A stretch of DNA of 64,000 bases from Dicyema japonicum (GCA_011109175.1 RDEW01000047.1:364240-428239); one strand, 5' to 3'. Positions 33,379-47,570 are shown, counted from the stretch's first letter. Notes: a model not told the origin generated them from the letters alone. Numbers and translations: made by a program.

Positions 33379-34432
33379 TCATAAATGCCACAGCTGTACA
33401 GTCTTGTCGGGTTCAAGAGACCCTGAAGCAATGATGGGAACATTAGGATGACAATCAACAGACATCACGACTGAGTTTCCGCAAGTAACACGGTCTCGTA
33501 ACTTGCGAGTCCCCAAATCCCACACATAGAACGCTCCATCCTCCGAAGCACTGTACAGAGATTGTTCCGTAGTTGATTGGAACGGTTCAAACACAACCGA
33601 CAAGCAAAATCGTTTGTTCACGTGTCCGTCAAAAATAGCCACAACCTTGGAATCTCTGAGATCCCACAATTTCAGTCGAGAATCCATGGTAGCGGAAAGA
33701 ACATACCTTCCATTTGGTGAAAAAATAGCCGCGGAAACCGGAGGATTATCTCCGTGAAGAAGGCTTCTAAGACATTGGCCAGAATTTGTGTCCCAAATAC
33801 GACAGAGACCATCCAGACTGCTTGACAACAAAAGGGATCCATCTCGTATAAATTTTACGGAGGAAACAGGATCTGAATGAGCTGGTAGAGTTCGAAAACT
33901 TCGTCCACTTTTGATGTCCCAAACTATAACAGACTCATCGAAGGATCCTGAGCAGATAAGATTGCATTGGGGATTCGTCGAACAGCAAAAAACAAAGCTT
34001 GAGTGTCCTCGTAAAGTCTTCAAACATTTTCCACTTTGAAAATCCCATATTTTAAGAGTTTTGTCGTCAGAAGCAGTAATAACGTATTTGCTGTCCAATG
34101 TCCAGCATAAATCAGAAAGTCCCAGTTTATGTCCACCAAAGGATTTTTCAAATTTTCCATCAAATGCGTTATATACTCTAAGTATGCTGTCTGCACAGCA
34201 GACCCCAATCCACCTTCCACAAGGACTGAATAAAACACGTGACACAGACTTTGAAATCCCAGCAAGTACCAAAGGATTTTTCAAATTTTCCATCAAATGC
34301 GTTATATACTCTAAGTATGCTGTCTGCACAGCAGACCCCAATCCACCTTCCACAAGGACTGAATAAAACACGTGACACAGACTTTGAAATCCCAGCAAGT
34401 GAATATTTCGATTCATAAACAAGATTCCCCAT
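33379..34432 (-). CDS. WDR5: WD40-repeat protein WDR5, intronless; contains a 133-bp tandem duplication (34135-34267 = 34268-34400) that is probably an assembly artefact
   Basis: After removing one copy: MGNLVYESKYSLAGISKSVSRVLFSPCGRW..YNAFDGKFEKSFGGHKLGLSD..ASDDKTLKIWD..GKCLKTLRGHS.FVFCC..NPQ.NLI.SGSFDESV..TLPAHSDPVS..DGLCRIWDT.SGQCL..NPPVS...FSPNG. Confidence 0.93.
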
Positions 34433-34554
34433 TATAACTGATATTGCGCAATCTACATTGAACAAATGAATATTAAAAATTAAAATCAAAAATTAAATAT
34501 ATTATTTTATAAAAAAATTCATTTTTAATTTAATTATCAGAGGCCACAATAATT
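34433..34554. promoter_or_regulatory. Very short AT-rich bidirectional promoter between WDR5 and VPS35L
   Basis: Head-to-head ATGs at 34432 (-) and 34555 (+) with an almost A/T-only core. Confidence 0.6.
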
Positions 34555-37500
34555 ATGCAAGTGGACTGGTTTTTGACCAATTTAATACTAGGAAACCCCT
34601 TGAAAGAAACTACATTCGAGAGAATTTGACATATAAGATTCCAGGCAAGCAAGTGTCGACTCATCCACTAAAATGTACTAAAACAGTTCTCTTTTTGCTA
34701 ATTTTCAGCAACCTACATTTTCTAATGCACCTTTCAGTGTTCTTAGTTCGAATAATCTAAACAAGTCAAACGACCCCCTTTCAGCAGCCATGCATTCCAA
34801 CAATATAAAAACCCATAAAAATTGCAGCGTCTTCTTATTATGGATTTTTAGTTTATAACTGAGTTGGAAAGGGCTGTCACCATTAAGGACCCCGAATGGA
34901 TTCGCCAGAAAGCCTCTCTCCTCTCCCAGTACCTTAAAAATGACAAATCCCACCAGTTTGTTGATGATTATTTCGATTTGGAGATGACGTTGCCTGGTCT
35001 AGTTTACATTTATTGAAGGAATTAACTGCATTAGGGAAAAATTCACCGACCAGTTTTTTGTCTTCAAAAACCCGCCAACAGTTTTTGAAAAAACTAAAAA
35101 TTAGGAGATTATCCCCACGAAGTTTACTTTTGAGACATTATCGGACTGCATAAAGTATTTATACGCCGTTGAGAACAACATCCTGTATTTCTGGAACGAA
35201 AACGACAGACTTTCTTCCTTAAACACATTAATCGATGTAAACACGTGGTTTGACACAAAGACGCTCAATATCCTCGAAAATATCTGGGATAATGATTTGT
35301 TCGCACTTCTAATGGTGATTTAGATCGAAGTCTTTGAGGTTTTTTCCTCCCTCGTATATAAACGAATGCTGGAATTACAGAAGGAGAACAAGAACGCGGA
35401 CAAACTCAGCTCCTTATTCACATCAGGTATTTCAAGGGATAATTTCAGATTTTGATAAATCAGCTTATTTGGAGTCCAATTTGTTCGAAATTGGCTGGAA
35501 TTGGATTTACAAGGTTGAGTCCATCATCTCTCCCTTCCAGCGGATTCTAGTTAAGCTGGTGATCTTCAAATGCTATCAAAGTATCGTCACTAACTAGTTT
35601 TTCCTCCGTTTTACCTAGTTACACCACCCAGACGTTCGATTCACTGATGAGATCTATTAGAGGCGTCTCCAATCCAGTTTTGGCTCTTTATGTAAGGTAC
35701 TACGCCTCCCGAGTCATCCATCTTTATTTCCCCGAGGAGAAGGATCACTTCGTTGTGGCATTGGAAGACTTTGAGCGAGAATACGTGGAATTGGTACTTT
35801 TTCTTCAAAATTGAAGAAATTCCACGATAAACTGTTTCCCTACTCAAAAGTGGCTCCTGCCATCTGCTGGATCATATATACCCTTTTTGATAACTCATCC
35901 CTCCCCTTCTGTCGTCACCACTTTGCTAAACTCATGGAGTACAAATCATGGTGGAGATTTTCATTACTTTAGCCCTCTATTTTTGTGTTCTCTCATTAGA
36001 TTCACCCCCGACATTGTTTTAATGGACTACATACTCCGCATTTTTGACATGATCAGTGAAATGGAGGATTATGGCACCACCAAGGTTGTAACGTGGAGAC
36101 TAGCTTAGTATATTGGATGCATCCACGTGGGACGTCTTTTGAATCGACAAACTAACCAGCAGAATTATATGATGTACCTAAAGAAGGCCTGGAACATTAT
36201 TGATTCCATAGCTTCCAAGATTGTACCATTTTCCGTGATTTCTAGGAATATTTGTCTGTTGTTGTCGTCTGGGGTGAATTTGTGGCACGTTTTTTCCAAG
36301 TTTTTTCAATTTTTTATTTAAGACTAAACAAATTGACTCCATGATTGCTGCCGTGGCGGACAGATTCTACGGAGATGACTCGTCTGGAACCCTCTATCAG
36401 CAAAAGTTGTTCATGTTCCTAAAAAATATTGCCACATATACTTCGAATGTTATCGCCTGCTTCAATTTGGTACAATGTAGCATTTTACCGCAGACAAGCT
36501 TCCGTATTGTGCTACAACTAATAACGGATTCCGCCAATGAGCTGGACATTTGCGCGACAATCCTTTCTAGAGTTATGGAAGATGAGCAAATGATGACTGA
36601 TAGAAGCTTGATTGATGCTGTCCTTGAAATTATCGGCATTATTAACGAGAATGATCGGTTTTGTCGCTTAAATACGTAGATGTGACTCCAGTTTGCCTCC
36701 TGGAACCGTTATTGAGAAGGACTTTACTAAATTTGTTGAATCAGTCTCATTTGGAGATGACTTTGAGCAACAACTTCAGTTTTACTGCGATGTTCGTGCA
36801 CGTGCTTTCAAGTTTCCCAGCATTATAATCCGTGTTATCCACGTTTGAGTCATTTTAAGTTTCAAGTACACAGTTAGACTTATTACTCACGTGTTCTTTC
36901 TCAGACATGACGACAGGACCTCAGAATTCATGCGAGTTGAATTTGACTGATTTAAATAGTCATGTTCAGCTTTTTTGCTCATCACGATTCCCTCAATAAA
37001 GGACGTGTTTGAGAGACTAAGAATTTCTCCTTTATGTCTGCACGTGGCCTTCACTACCCGTTGCGTAGGACAGGGACATGCCATTATGGACTTGATGCTG
37101 AAGGATTTCGCTATATTTTTCAAAGACTATAAGGAGTTGCTGGAAAATGGAGATGACTGTGTGGCTGCATTTTTGTCGTCGGTTGTGCTGATTCCTGTTT
37201 ATTTTGGTTGATAACCTTAAGGATGACCCGTTTGGAGAGATGAATCACTATTTTACTGAATTTTTAGACTTGATTATCGATAGTTACATTTCCTCGTCGT
37301 TAAAATCCAAATATTTGACGTGGGGAGTCGTAACCGTAAGTGCTATGTGCCAGAAGAGCTATGTGATTAACCTCCATGGGGGTTTATCTTATTAATTCCA
37401 AGTAGTGTCAGCTAATGACTTGCTGTATGGGGGAGATCCAAGATTTCGGAAGTTACTACATTCATTTGGAGTCAAGTTAATCTCAGAACTTAGCAAATTA

Positions 37501-37783
37501 TTTTCAGGATGTCTAGATTATGAAAGGATGGTTGGTCATTTATATATTGAGATTTCTTGCGATCGTTGGAGCGAGGAATATTTATGGACTGTTGTATGTT
37601 GTAGTGATCTTACAAACAGTGAAATTGTTGATTTCTTCCATAATAGCTGTTTTGTGCACGTGCCTCGTCAGAATGGGCTGAAATGGTTCTCTGTAATGTT
37701 TTGGTTTATTATAGACAAATTTGAATGATAATGGGGATTCGTATCAGTCGAGGCAAAATAATATTTTTATGACTAAAATTTAA
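34555..37783 (+). CDS. VPS35L: VPS35 endosomal sorting factor-like (C16orf62/UPF0505, Retriever subunit), many micro-introns; 3' end approximate
   Basis: N-terminus MQVDWKPLERNY...THPLK...DPLS; internal GWNWIYK; C-terminal SANDLLYGGDPRF resembling the human SNDSLYGGDSKF motif as recalled. Exon-sized ORFs separated by ~22-nt GT-AG gaps. Confidence 0.72.
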
Positions 37784-38593
37784 CCATTTATTAATTTAAT
37801 TTTTGAATTTAATTACAATTTATAAATTTTTACTTATTAGGGACCATTTACACCGGGAGTCGAAGATTCTTGGTAATCATCTTGAAATTCAGAGTTTAAG
37901 ATATCTCCAACAATCATTTGACCCTAACCACTTAACCTTTCCATTAATAGAATCCAGTAACCGCAGTAACATTTTTGGACCCGCACTGACCTCAAAGGAA
38001 CACTCCAAAAAATCCACCCTCTGACTGAAAGTCTGTGTTTTATTTTTTTTGAAGCTTTAAAAAATAGTTTGAAATATTCTCCCCATGTGATGTGGAACAT
38101 TATATAACTTTAACACAAATCGTTTGATTTAGTTAATATAATTTACATCGTTGCCTTTCACGGTGGAAACAGAAATAACTGGAGGAGCCACTGAGTTTCA
38201 CAGAATGAGTTTAGTCGGACTTCCCAGTATCTTGAGGAAAAACAGTTACTTCCTGCTTATACCTTCAGTTATCTCGACAACAATAGTGCAGAACTTGATC
38301 CATTCCGGAGCCTTCGTTCACAAGAATTAGAACTTTCTGTTTATTAATTCCATTTTTTGAAACCACACGTTAAAAATATCGAAATTCTTTCAAGCACTTG
38401 AATTTACTACCCAAAACAGACATAATTTACCGCCATAATCTTCATTTTTTTTGAAATTTAAATTTCCATTACCAGAAGCATCAATGTTTGCTAACACTCC
38501 AAAGCTAACGTAGTGTTTGGAAAGATAAGAGTTGCTTATGTTTTAAGAAAGAATAAAATACTTTATATTTAAAAAATACAAAAATGATAAATT

Positions 38594-39942
38594 TCATTGA
38601 TAATAATCGTTTTTGAAGAGCCATTTTGATAGATATTTTTCAATCCACTTAAAGTCGGGTCTCTGACTAGGATATTCGAGCCAACAATTGAGCATTATAT
38701 CCCGATACCATTGATAGGGTACATTGACTGGAATCTCACTAGGAATCGTCAGTCTTTTCCCTTGTTTAAGGAAATAGAACATCTCCGCCTTCTGCATCCC
38801 TGCAAAAAATCAATTTGAATCAACCTTTATAGGGGCACTCGCCAAAAGTCACAATTTCCCAAAATAGGACGCCAAATGACCAGACGTCTGATTTTGTGGT
38901 AAAAATCGATTTTTCCAAAGCCTCAATCGCTGTCCACCTGATTGGAAACTTCGAATCTTCCATTAATGCGGACAAAAAACCGTGATTATTGAAGAAATCA
39001 TAATCGATTTTCTTAGTCAATCCAAAGTCCGCGATTTTGCACACAAAATTTTCATTTACCAAGACATTTTCCGCACGCAAGTCTCTGTGGACTAAATTTT
39101 TGCTTGAAATAAAGTTCATTCCAGCGCATATCTAATTTTTTACAGAAAACCACTTGCAATGCAATTCTGGCTATGGTATTTTCATTTATATTTTTTCCAT
39201 GGTCTTTTCTGAGGACTTTCTTGAGACTTCCTTTTCTCATATACTCCATCACCAGGATAAGTGAATCTTGGTAGATGGAGAGACCTAGTAGTTTGACCAG
39301 ATTGATGTGGTTGAATTTTTGCATCATTTTGGCTTCTTCGATGACAGAGTTCTTATCGTATTTTTTGACTTTTTTCAAAGCCACGAAGGTATCGTTCCAC
39401 AAGGCAGAATATTAAAGAATAGTACCTCGATACACGACTCCAAAGTTTCCGCTGGCGATTTCAACTGGATTATTTAATTCTTTGTATGGAATTATCAATT
39501 TTTTAGAATTCGGAACTAAATCACTGACGAGGGGATCAGTCAGTCTGCAGCCTAGGGAGTCGTTGACTATTTACACTAAAACACCGAACCTTTGTAATAT
39601 TTTATTAGTTCAGAGAATGAAATAAATCTCTTAAGTTTGATAGCGCAGACCTTTCTGCTTTTTATTTCAATTTTAAAATGCTTAACATCAGATTCACTGA
39701 TTAACACAGAAAGAGCAAAGTTGCCGTCTTTTCCTAAACTTTTGACTCTCAACCTGAGGACGGCCTGATCACAAAAATTCCGGATTTAAAATGTGAGAAA
39801 TACATTCGGATTTCGGCCTCCATTCGGTCAATTCTCTGAAAGTAGGCAGCGGGAATTTTCATTTTGTCTAAATTCACAACATTCGTGTACACTTTGTCAC
39901 ACAAACCACTTTATTTTCATTTTTAGAGAATTTAGATCCCAT
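38594..39942 (-). CDS. Src-family-like non-receptor tyrosine kinase: N-myristoylation motif, SH2 and kinase, no SH3
   Basis: MGSKFSK start; SH2 ([36 protein letters not shown]); kinase [47 protein letters not shown]...P.QRPDF; C-terminal DYYQ. Six introns of 20-25 nt. Confidence 0.88.
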
Positions 39943-40399
39943 CGGCTATCCTGAAATCTCGGCTGAGCTGGAAAATAAATCATAATTTGCGTAAATGAAT
40001 TTGTGGTTATTATTAGTTTGATTATTTCGGATGATTTACCGAGGTTCAGGATCTAAATATTTTTGTAATTGAGACCCCAATTTTATGTGATAAGCTTAAA
40101 TTTCCCCCGTGAGACACGTGGGTATTACTTTATTCGTTATTTTATCATCGTACTCTTTTAGTAACGTGATTATCGGATGATATTTTCCTAGATTTAGCTA
40201 CAAATTATGCAGAAGATAACTACGATGATATGCCACATGTAGTTGCAAATTTTCCAATCTGGTGAATGTCCTACTTTGTGTCCACTTGTGTCGTATTGGC
40301 TTACCAGTGGAAATAATAGCCCGAAATCGGAGGGCATGTATTATTCGCTTCTGGACAAGAACTTGTTTTTGATACCAATGATTCAGTTTGTAGTCATTG

Positions 40400-41100
40400 T
40401 AAGAAGGGTAAGAAATCAGTGGATCAGTTGGCTACACGTTGTAGCAGAATGCTCAATAGGACTATGTGAAGAGACATAACGAAGTTGTTAGGTGCATTCA
40501 TCTGCATTTATGTAGATTTATGACATCAAGAAATCTAAAGTCTTAAAACACACTCAGTTCGATCAATTGTTACTACGCAGAAGGTGGAAATCCCAGAGTA
40601 CACTTCCATCATGACTGACACTAAAGTGCAGCACAATAAACCAGATATTTTGAAAAAATGAGATTGAAACTCATGACTGACACTAAAGTGGAGTAAAATG
40701 AAAAATGAGATTGTGATTATACAAGTGGGAATCACCTCACAAGAAGCACTCAAGCATACAGAGGTGGAAAGCTATACAAGACTTGCTCGTTGGAGAATCA
40801 AGCATTCTATATGATGCTTTTGTGAGAATTATCCCTGTGTTTTTGACATGGGACGAGATTATTTCTACGTGCTACAGAAATCATTTGAAAGCTTTGTCGA
40901 TTGATGTGCCAATAGAACCTATATTCAATCAGTTGTGTTAAAAAAAACATTAGAAAGTATGATTGTCAAGTGTGGAGTCAAGATGCCATTTAAGGAACTC
41001 ATTTACAAGCGGGAAACTAATTACATCTGTGAAGCGACGAACTTGCCATTCGATGAGGAAATGGAAACTTCGCGTCCACTTGTCCCATATCGGCTCTTGG
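40400..41100 (+). mobile_element. Decayed REL-endonuclease fragment, second subfamily
   Basis: SVDQLATRC, RHNEVV, HNKPDI, IIQVGITSQE.L..TEVE motifs with frameshifts. Confidence 0.65.
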
Positions 41101-41721
41101 ATATAACAAAATAGTGGGGCTCAAAGAATCGTTATTTCCAAGCACCATCAAATTGGGACTCACGTGTCTACAGTGTAGAAATAGTCAATTTCAAGGTGGA
41201 AGAGGAGTTCGAGACTCTTTGACAGTCTTGGATCTTTAGGAACGACATGTTTTGATGAAATCACGTGGCCCATCGACCATATTCGTTGTAATAAGATTTA
41301 TTTTGTTTTTATTTTTTTTGGCTTTCTCTGAGTCTCCTTTGACGTTGATATCGTTATAATGAGTCGAAGATGTACTCGATGTGACTTAAGTATTTGAAAT
41401 GATGGTTAATTATAGTTTTTTTGAACTCAACGTGAGAGTCTTAGATCCCTAGGAGCGACCTTTCTTGGCGACGCATTCCCTAATGTAGCCATGTTAGTGA
41501 AATTAAAACTCGCAGAATCAACAGTTAAAAGAAATGAAAGTATTCCAAAGACTCANGTGACTTAAATATTCGAAATGATGGTTAATTATAGTTTTTTTGA
41601 ACTCAACGTGAGAGTCTTAGATCCCTAGGAGCGACTTTTCTTGGCGACGCATTCGCTAATGTAGCCATGTTAGTGAAATTAAAACTCACAGAACCAACAG
41701 TTAAAAGAAATGAAAGTATTC

Positions 41722-42600
41722 CAAAGACTCAGGGTAAAACCAAACTAATTAATCCTGTGATCCTGAAGCCTTCTAGTAGAACTCTCATCCAAGTAATGTG
41801 ATCTAGAGGATATTGTCCAGGAAGTTGAGGTCGATGACAGAACTTGTCATCAGAAAGCGAAATTTTCTCCCGGTGGAATGAATAGTTGGATGTTTTTGAA
41901 TGCCAGGCAGGCATTAGCCGTCTCCTGAGTAGGTTGGCTCTGATGACGCTACCAGAAGGTAGGAAGAAAAATTTTCAATCAAGTAGCCTTATAGCAGCAG
42001 CATCAACTGCCAGAAGAGATTAGGTAAATGTGATAGTTAGTAACAACCACTGAATTTTTTAGTGACTTTTGCAATCCAAGTCTTTGCAAAGTGCATTGCT
42101 GAGCAGAAAAGACTCATTTTTTGTAAGGGAACATTTAGGAACTAACAACCACTGAATTTTTTAGTGACTTTTGCAATCCAAGTCCTTGCAAAGTGCATTG
42201 CTGAGCAGAAAAGACTCATTTTTTGTAAGGGAACATTTAGGAACCGATGGATTTCTAGTAGTTTAAGTTAACAATCTGAGAGATTTTATCATGATATCGA
42301 CTTTAATGTGGAATATTGTTATTTTATCAGCAGAAAGTGCTTAATAATGGAAGGGAGAGTCTAGAGTGACATGATGGTTCCTCTATAGCAGTAGTCTTAC
42401 GATCATGAAAGATAACTTGATTCGTCATGAGTCCTGACAAAATTATAATCATCCTAAGACTGTAAGTTGATAGCATGTAATCGTTTATTTTTGATTTTTC
42501 TATAATCACAGAATAAATTACCGACGTTTCAGAGCATGCTTGCTGAGCACAGATATGGAGTAAATATTTCGAGAAAGCAATTCATATAAGCATCCAACCA
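41722..42600 (-). mobile_element. Probable decayed 3' part of an Ingi-like LINE
   Basis: Minus-strand ggatcacagg-attaattagtttgg..ccctgagtctt resembles the family 3' stem-loop; coding signal weak. Confidence 0.4.
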
Positions 42601-43308
42601 CCTGGTAAAGCTGGCGTCTCAGTTTGGTAATGATGAGTTCATGTCATAACCAATNNNNNNNNNNNNNNNNNNNNNNNNNNNNNNNNNNNNNNNNNNNNNN
42701 NNNNNNNNNNNNNNNNNNNNNNNNNNNNNNNNNNNNNNNNNNNNNNNNNNNNNNNNNNNNNNNNNNNNNNNNNNNNNNNNNNNNNNNNNNNNNNNNNNNN
42801 NNNNNNNNNNNNNNNNNNNNNNNNNNNNNNNNNCTGAAGTATGTATTCATAAGAATTTAAAATATTCAAATTAACACTTTGATTCATCAATAGTTTAACA
42901 ATATAGAAAATGATCTTCACAACCCCTGCCCATTTTCCGTGCCAACGTCCTCTCTTTCTTGACCGCTGGAACATGATTTGTTTTTTTTCGAATAAAATAC
43001 AATTTAAGCGATGTTTCTCGTGTCGCGATTAGTTGTGGGTTCTATTCGCACACCACTACATACCTGGTCAAAAATAACATGTGGACATATTTCTTCCACG
43101 TGGACTATTTGGAATGATTTACACTTTCAATTCAATTACAAGATCGCCTTCATTTCTGGACAGCCTAATTCCCTTGCATATATTATCGATGAATAATCAG
43201 CGAACCCGGAAGTGCGGATAACCAGCTTATAATTAGTTATGACATATTTTTTGCGTCGATTGAAACATAATTTAAGCACCTCAAGTCGAACGTATTTACA
43301 AAAATTCG

Positions 43309-44903
43309 ATGAACCCTCCTGTTTATACACGAAATAGGCTTGTGAGTTGTGGATCTTCACTTCTTTCCGATGGGGATAACATGGCGTTGCTCAAAATCAT
43401 TGGAAACGGCCGACAGGTTTTATTTCAAAATATTTCCAGTCTCTGAGTGCTGCTGTAGTCCAGATCTTCAAGGCAAGCGAACCAAAGTACGATAAGTGGG
43501 TGTTGGATGCCACCGGGATCGCCTGTGTAGTGAAAGATCACAGAAATCGCTGTTATGCCATATATTTGTACTCTCTTGAACAAGTAGGCTGAAATTTAAT
43601 GTAGAATCGAATTTTACTGAACGAGAGCATTTATTCTGGTTTTTGTTACAACACACCAAAACCAACGTTCCATACATTTGAGACCAAGGATCTGATTTAT
43701 GGACTCAACTTCACTCAGAGAGCAGAGGCAGATCATTTCATCCAAACACTCTTCAACAAGACAAGAATTAAGAGTAAACTCAAATTCATTATTTTTTACC
43801 AGAAAAACAAGCACCAACCACGGTTTCCTCAGTCACGTCGAGTACATCTTCCACTCCTGATAGCTCTATCAATGTCAAAGGAAAAAAGAAGAAAAACAAA
43901 TTAAATCTTATCACAACAAATATGGTCAGTGGGCCAAGTGATTTTCAGTATTCCCTATTTATAAAAGTATAGACATGTCTCACACGTGGGTTGGGATCCT
44001 AATAAGGGACTAAATGTTTTTTTATATGACTATTTGATAGATGGACAAAGTTGACCCGGCCTTGCTTGAAATTTTCAAAAATGCAGGAATTAACGAAAAT
44101 TTAATAAAGGATGAAGAAACTCTGGACTTTGTTTACAATTTCATTAACCAATATGGAGGAATGGAAGCTGTGAGGACACAAACAAGAGGTTTTTAGTATT
44201 ATGAATCTTCAGAGGATGCCAAAGCCCCCGCTAAACGTCCACAAAAAGCTCCACCTTCCATGCCCCCAAAACTTTCAGATTCCTTGCATATTCCATCACG
44301 ACCACGAATTCAGCCTCCATCTCATCCTGGTAAACCAGCTCCAACGCCTCCTTCGATATCCAAAAATGTATACAATGAACATCATCCATCTCTCCCAGAA
44401 CGAAAAAGTTTTCTTAAATAAATATATTTTTGGTATTCCTACTCCGGAATCTTCTGTTTATGCAGCTAAATCTGAACCTTCTCCACCTCAATCTTCTGGT
44501 TATATTGATAAATCCAAACCCCTTCCACCTCAATCTCCGATTTCTGTTGATAAATCCGAATTGTCTCCACCACCACCACCGCCTCCAATACAGACTTCCT
44601 CTCCCGTAAGTAAATCAGAACAGCCTAGTATATTCATATAAAAATCCTAGAGCCCGGGATTTCCTCAATGCGTGGTGATCTTCTTTCAAGCATCCGTCAG
44701 GGTGCAAGTTTGAACAAAGTTCACACATTTCTTTATTTTAAGGTCGTTGATGAACCAAAAGAGGCTGTAGAAGATGAAGGTGGAATAGCCGGACTTCTTA
44801 GAAAAGCCATCGAAAGCCGTCACAATGCTCTCAACTCCGGTACTTTCTATTTCTCATCGCAGATGATGATGATTGGGCTGACAGAGACGAATGGAGCGAT
44901 TAA
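43309..44903 (+). CDS. WASP: Wiskott-Aldrich syndrome protein family member (WH1-basic-CRIB-proline-rich-VCA), micro-introns
   Basis: WH1: GSSLLS..SLSAAVVQIF..GIACVVKD..; basic KGKKKKNK; CRIB VSGPSDFRHVSHVGWDP; poly-Pro; WH2 RGDLLSSIRQGASLNKV; central GIAGLLRKAIESR; acidic DDDDWADRDEWSD*. Confidence 0.93.
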
Positions 44904-47570
44904 TATCGTCGCTTATTAATTTATTTTGGACTTTTCTAATATATTTTGATTATTTGACATTATAGATTATAAATTATAGAATTCCTGTTGAATGATATAT
45001 TTTAGTGATTTATGTTTAATACTATTGTTGGTAGATTATCATTGAGTTATCCTTGTTCAATTGATCCTATCAGTTTTCACTAATCGTTATTGCGAAAGAC
45101 AAAACATGACGTCATTCAAATTAAATTTCTAGTCAATTCAAGCTTAGTGAGAGTCTGAACTTACTAATGGTGTTTAATCAAAGCATAATTGATTAGCAGT
45201 AATAATCAACGATCATTGAGCCCATTTCCTTACAGGTCGTCAGAGGGAATGCGTTCTCAATCCCGAGAGCAACCAGTAGTTGTTAACTTTGATATTAGTA
45301 TAAGATACATTTTCGCTAAGCAATAACTAAAGTTAGACATCCATCTATCCCACAAGTCCACTTATTGGACTAACAATTTCTTGTATGCCAAACAGCCCCA
45401 GAACCACTGGGCGTACATTATCATTGTTTTATCTATTGATTTCATTTGTAGGTCCGAAGGAAATGTTCCGTATTGATTACCAGAAACTAACATGTTCATC
45501 ACCACAAGAAATTGTACAAAGCATAACTATAAATATGATATTCCAAAAAGCTCAAAATTCAGACAAGATTAACGGAGCTATTATTTATTAACGGCAGACT
45601 TATTAAACCCAACACAAGCAGGCTAATTAATCCAAAAAAGAAACTAAAAGACGTTTGCTTTTGCCGACTAAATCCATCTTCAATAGTCCACTACAGGCCT
45701 TCGCTTACAAAGAGGGGTGGAGTAGTAGGTCCACCTTCTTCGATTTTCATCACACGTTTTACTGTCGCGAGCATCACTTTATTAGAGCTATTTTCTAGTT
45801 CCAAAATAAAAAAATGAATTACAACCCGCAATAGTAATAATTGGGGCGATTTTTGTCGATAAAATTGAAAATTAATATTTTCTTTAAAATTGTTTAAAAA
45901 ATATAAAATATAGTTTTTAATTAAAAATATTATATAAATATAAATTTTTAGGTCAATAAATTCAAAATTGTTATTGATTTGTATTTTTAAATTCCTCAAG
46001 TTTTTAGATAAAATAGTAGCGTGCGATCAACTATCATTATACCTACTGTGATACCGCGTTCAATCAAGAAAGACATTGAAAAGATTAAGTCTATCTTTAG
46101 AAAATGTCCTCATAAATTTTCTACAACACACAAGGATATCTTATTTTCAATTTATTTTAATAAATCGTTTTTCCCTTTAAAAAAATTTGTGACACACTTG
46201 TAACTACAAAAAACAATTTTTTATTGAATCACATTGATCGTCTGAGAAACATTAGATTAACAGGTTTATTCCATATGCTGATTCATGGATAGATAAGGTC
46301 ACTAAGGATTTTGTAGAATCNNNNNNNNNNNNNNNNNNNNNNNNNNNNNNNNNNNNNNNNNNNNNNNNNNNNNNNNNNNNNNNNNNNNNNNNNNNNNNNN
46401 NNNNNNNNNNNNNNNNNNNNNNNNNNNNNNNNNNNNNNNNNNNNNAATTTTCTACAACACACAAGGATATCTTATTTTTAATTTATTTTAATAAATCGTT
46501 TTTCCCTTTAAAAAAAATTGTGACACACTTGTAACTACAAAAAACAATTTTTTATTGAATCACATTGATCGTCTGAGAAACATTAGATTAACAGATTTAT
46601 TCCATCTGCTGATTCATGGATAGATAAGGTCACTAAGGATTTTGTAGAATCCGATATTCCCTTGCATAAGTAGAACAGTAAAAATTTAGGAAACTTGTTT
46701 AAGGATAACTGATGACTATTTAAGTGAACAAATTTATTCCAAAGATCACATTAAAGATCGATCTATAAAACAATGTGATCTTAATGCGTCCAAGCAGATC
46801 ACAACTTTTTAATGTTTCTCCATTGAACCACACAAGCTCTGCCAATTACGGTGTAACTGGAAATATGCTAAATCACAAGAGGCAGTCGATTATGTGGGCG
46901 GGGCCAGTTTTAACTTTATTAAAAATACTAAGATTTTAGAAAGTCAATCCGAAGTTAGGGAACACGATGGAAGGTCCCAAGTAAAAAAATGGATTTTTGA
47001 AATTTTGACAATTAATTCGAATTGCCTTTACTAATACGAAACGGCTGCCAATCGACTTGTAACAAGGCAGTCTCCTCAGAAAATCGATCAAACACAAGGT
47101 AATTTTTAAAGATAAGTCCCAGATACTTTTGTGTGGTTTTTGAAATCTCGAATAAGATTTTCGATGAATTCGACAACCTTGCACATTTAAAGGAGGTAAA
47201 ATAATAGAATAAAGAAAATTTAGTAAAAAAAATCCTTATCACCTTTTTCACATTTGAATCAGTCGTCTCCTATCTTGTCCCTTAAAACCACACGGAGGTT
47301 CCACTTGTAGTTCAAAACATAAATGAGCTTTTCAGCAGAAAACTTAATTCTGTGGTTGTATTCATCCATCCTTTCACAAAATGCATGTAAAAAACAACCG
47401 AAGCAATAATCAGCAATTCCTTAATCTTTCCCATGAAACTCGGACGTATTGCCTCATTCGTGCAATAAATTAAAATCTCTAGAATTAGAGAGCATTTCAA
47501 ATATAGCGAAATTTGATTCCAAATTCGGATTTAATAAAATATAAATATCAAAAATTGATTGCGCTATAAA

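Noticed and set aside
33379-34422. 347-aa ORF with a novel N-terminus (MFMNRNIHLL...)
   Set aside because: The N-terminal part is the out-of-frame reading of the 133-bp duplication; the true WDR5 start is 34432.
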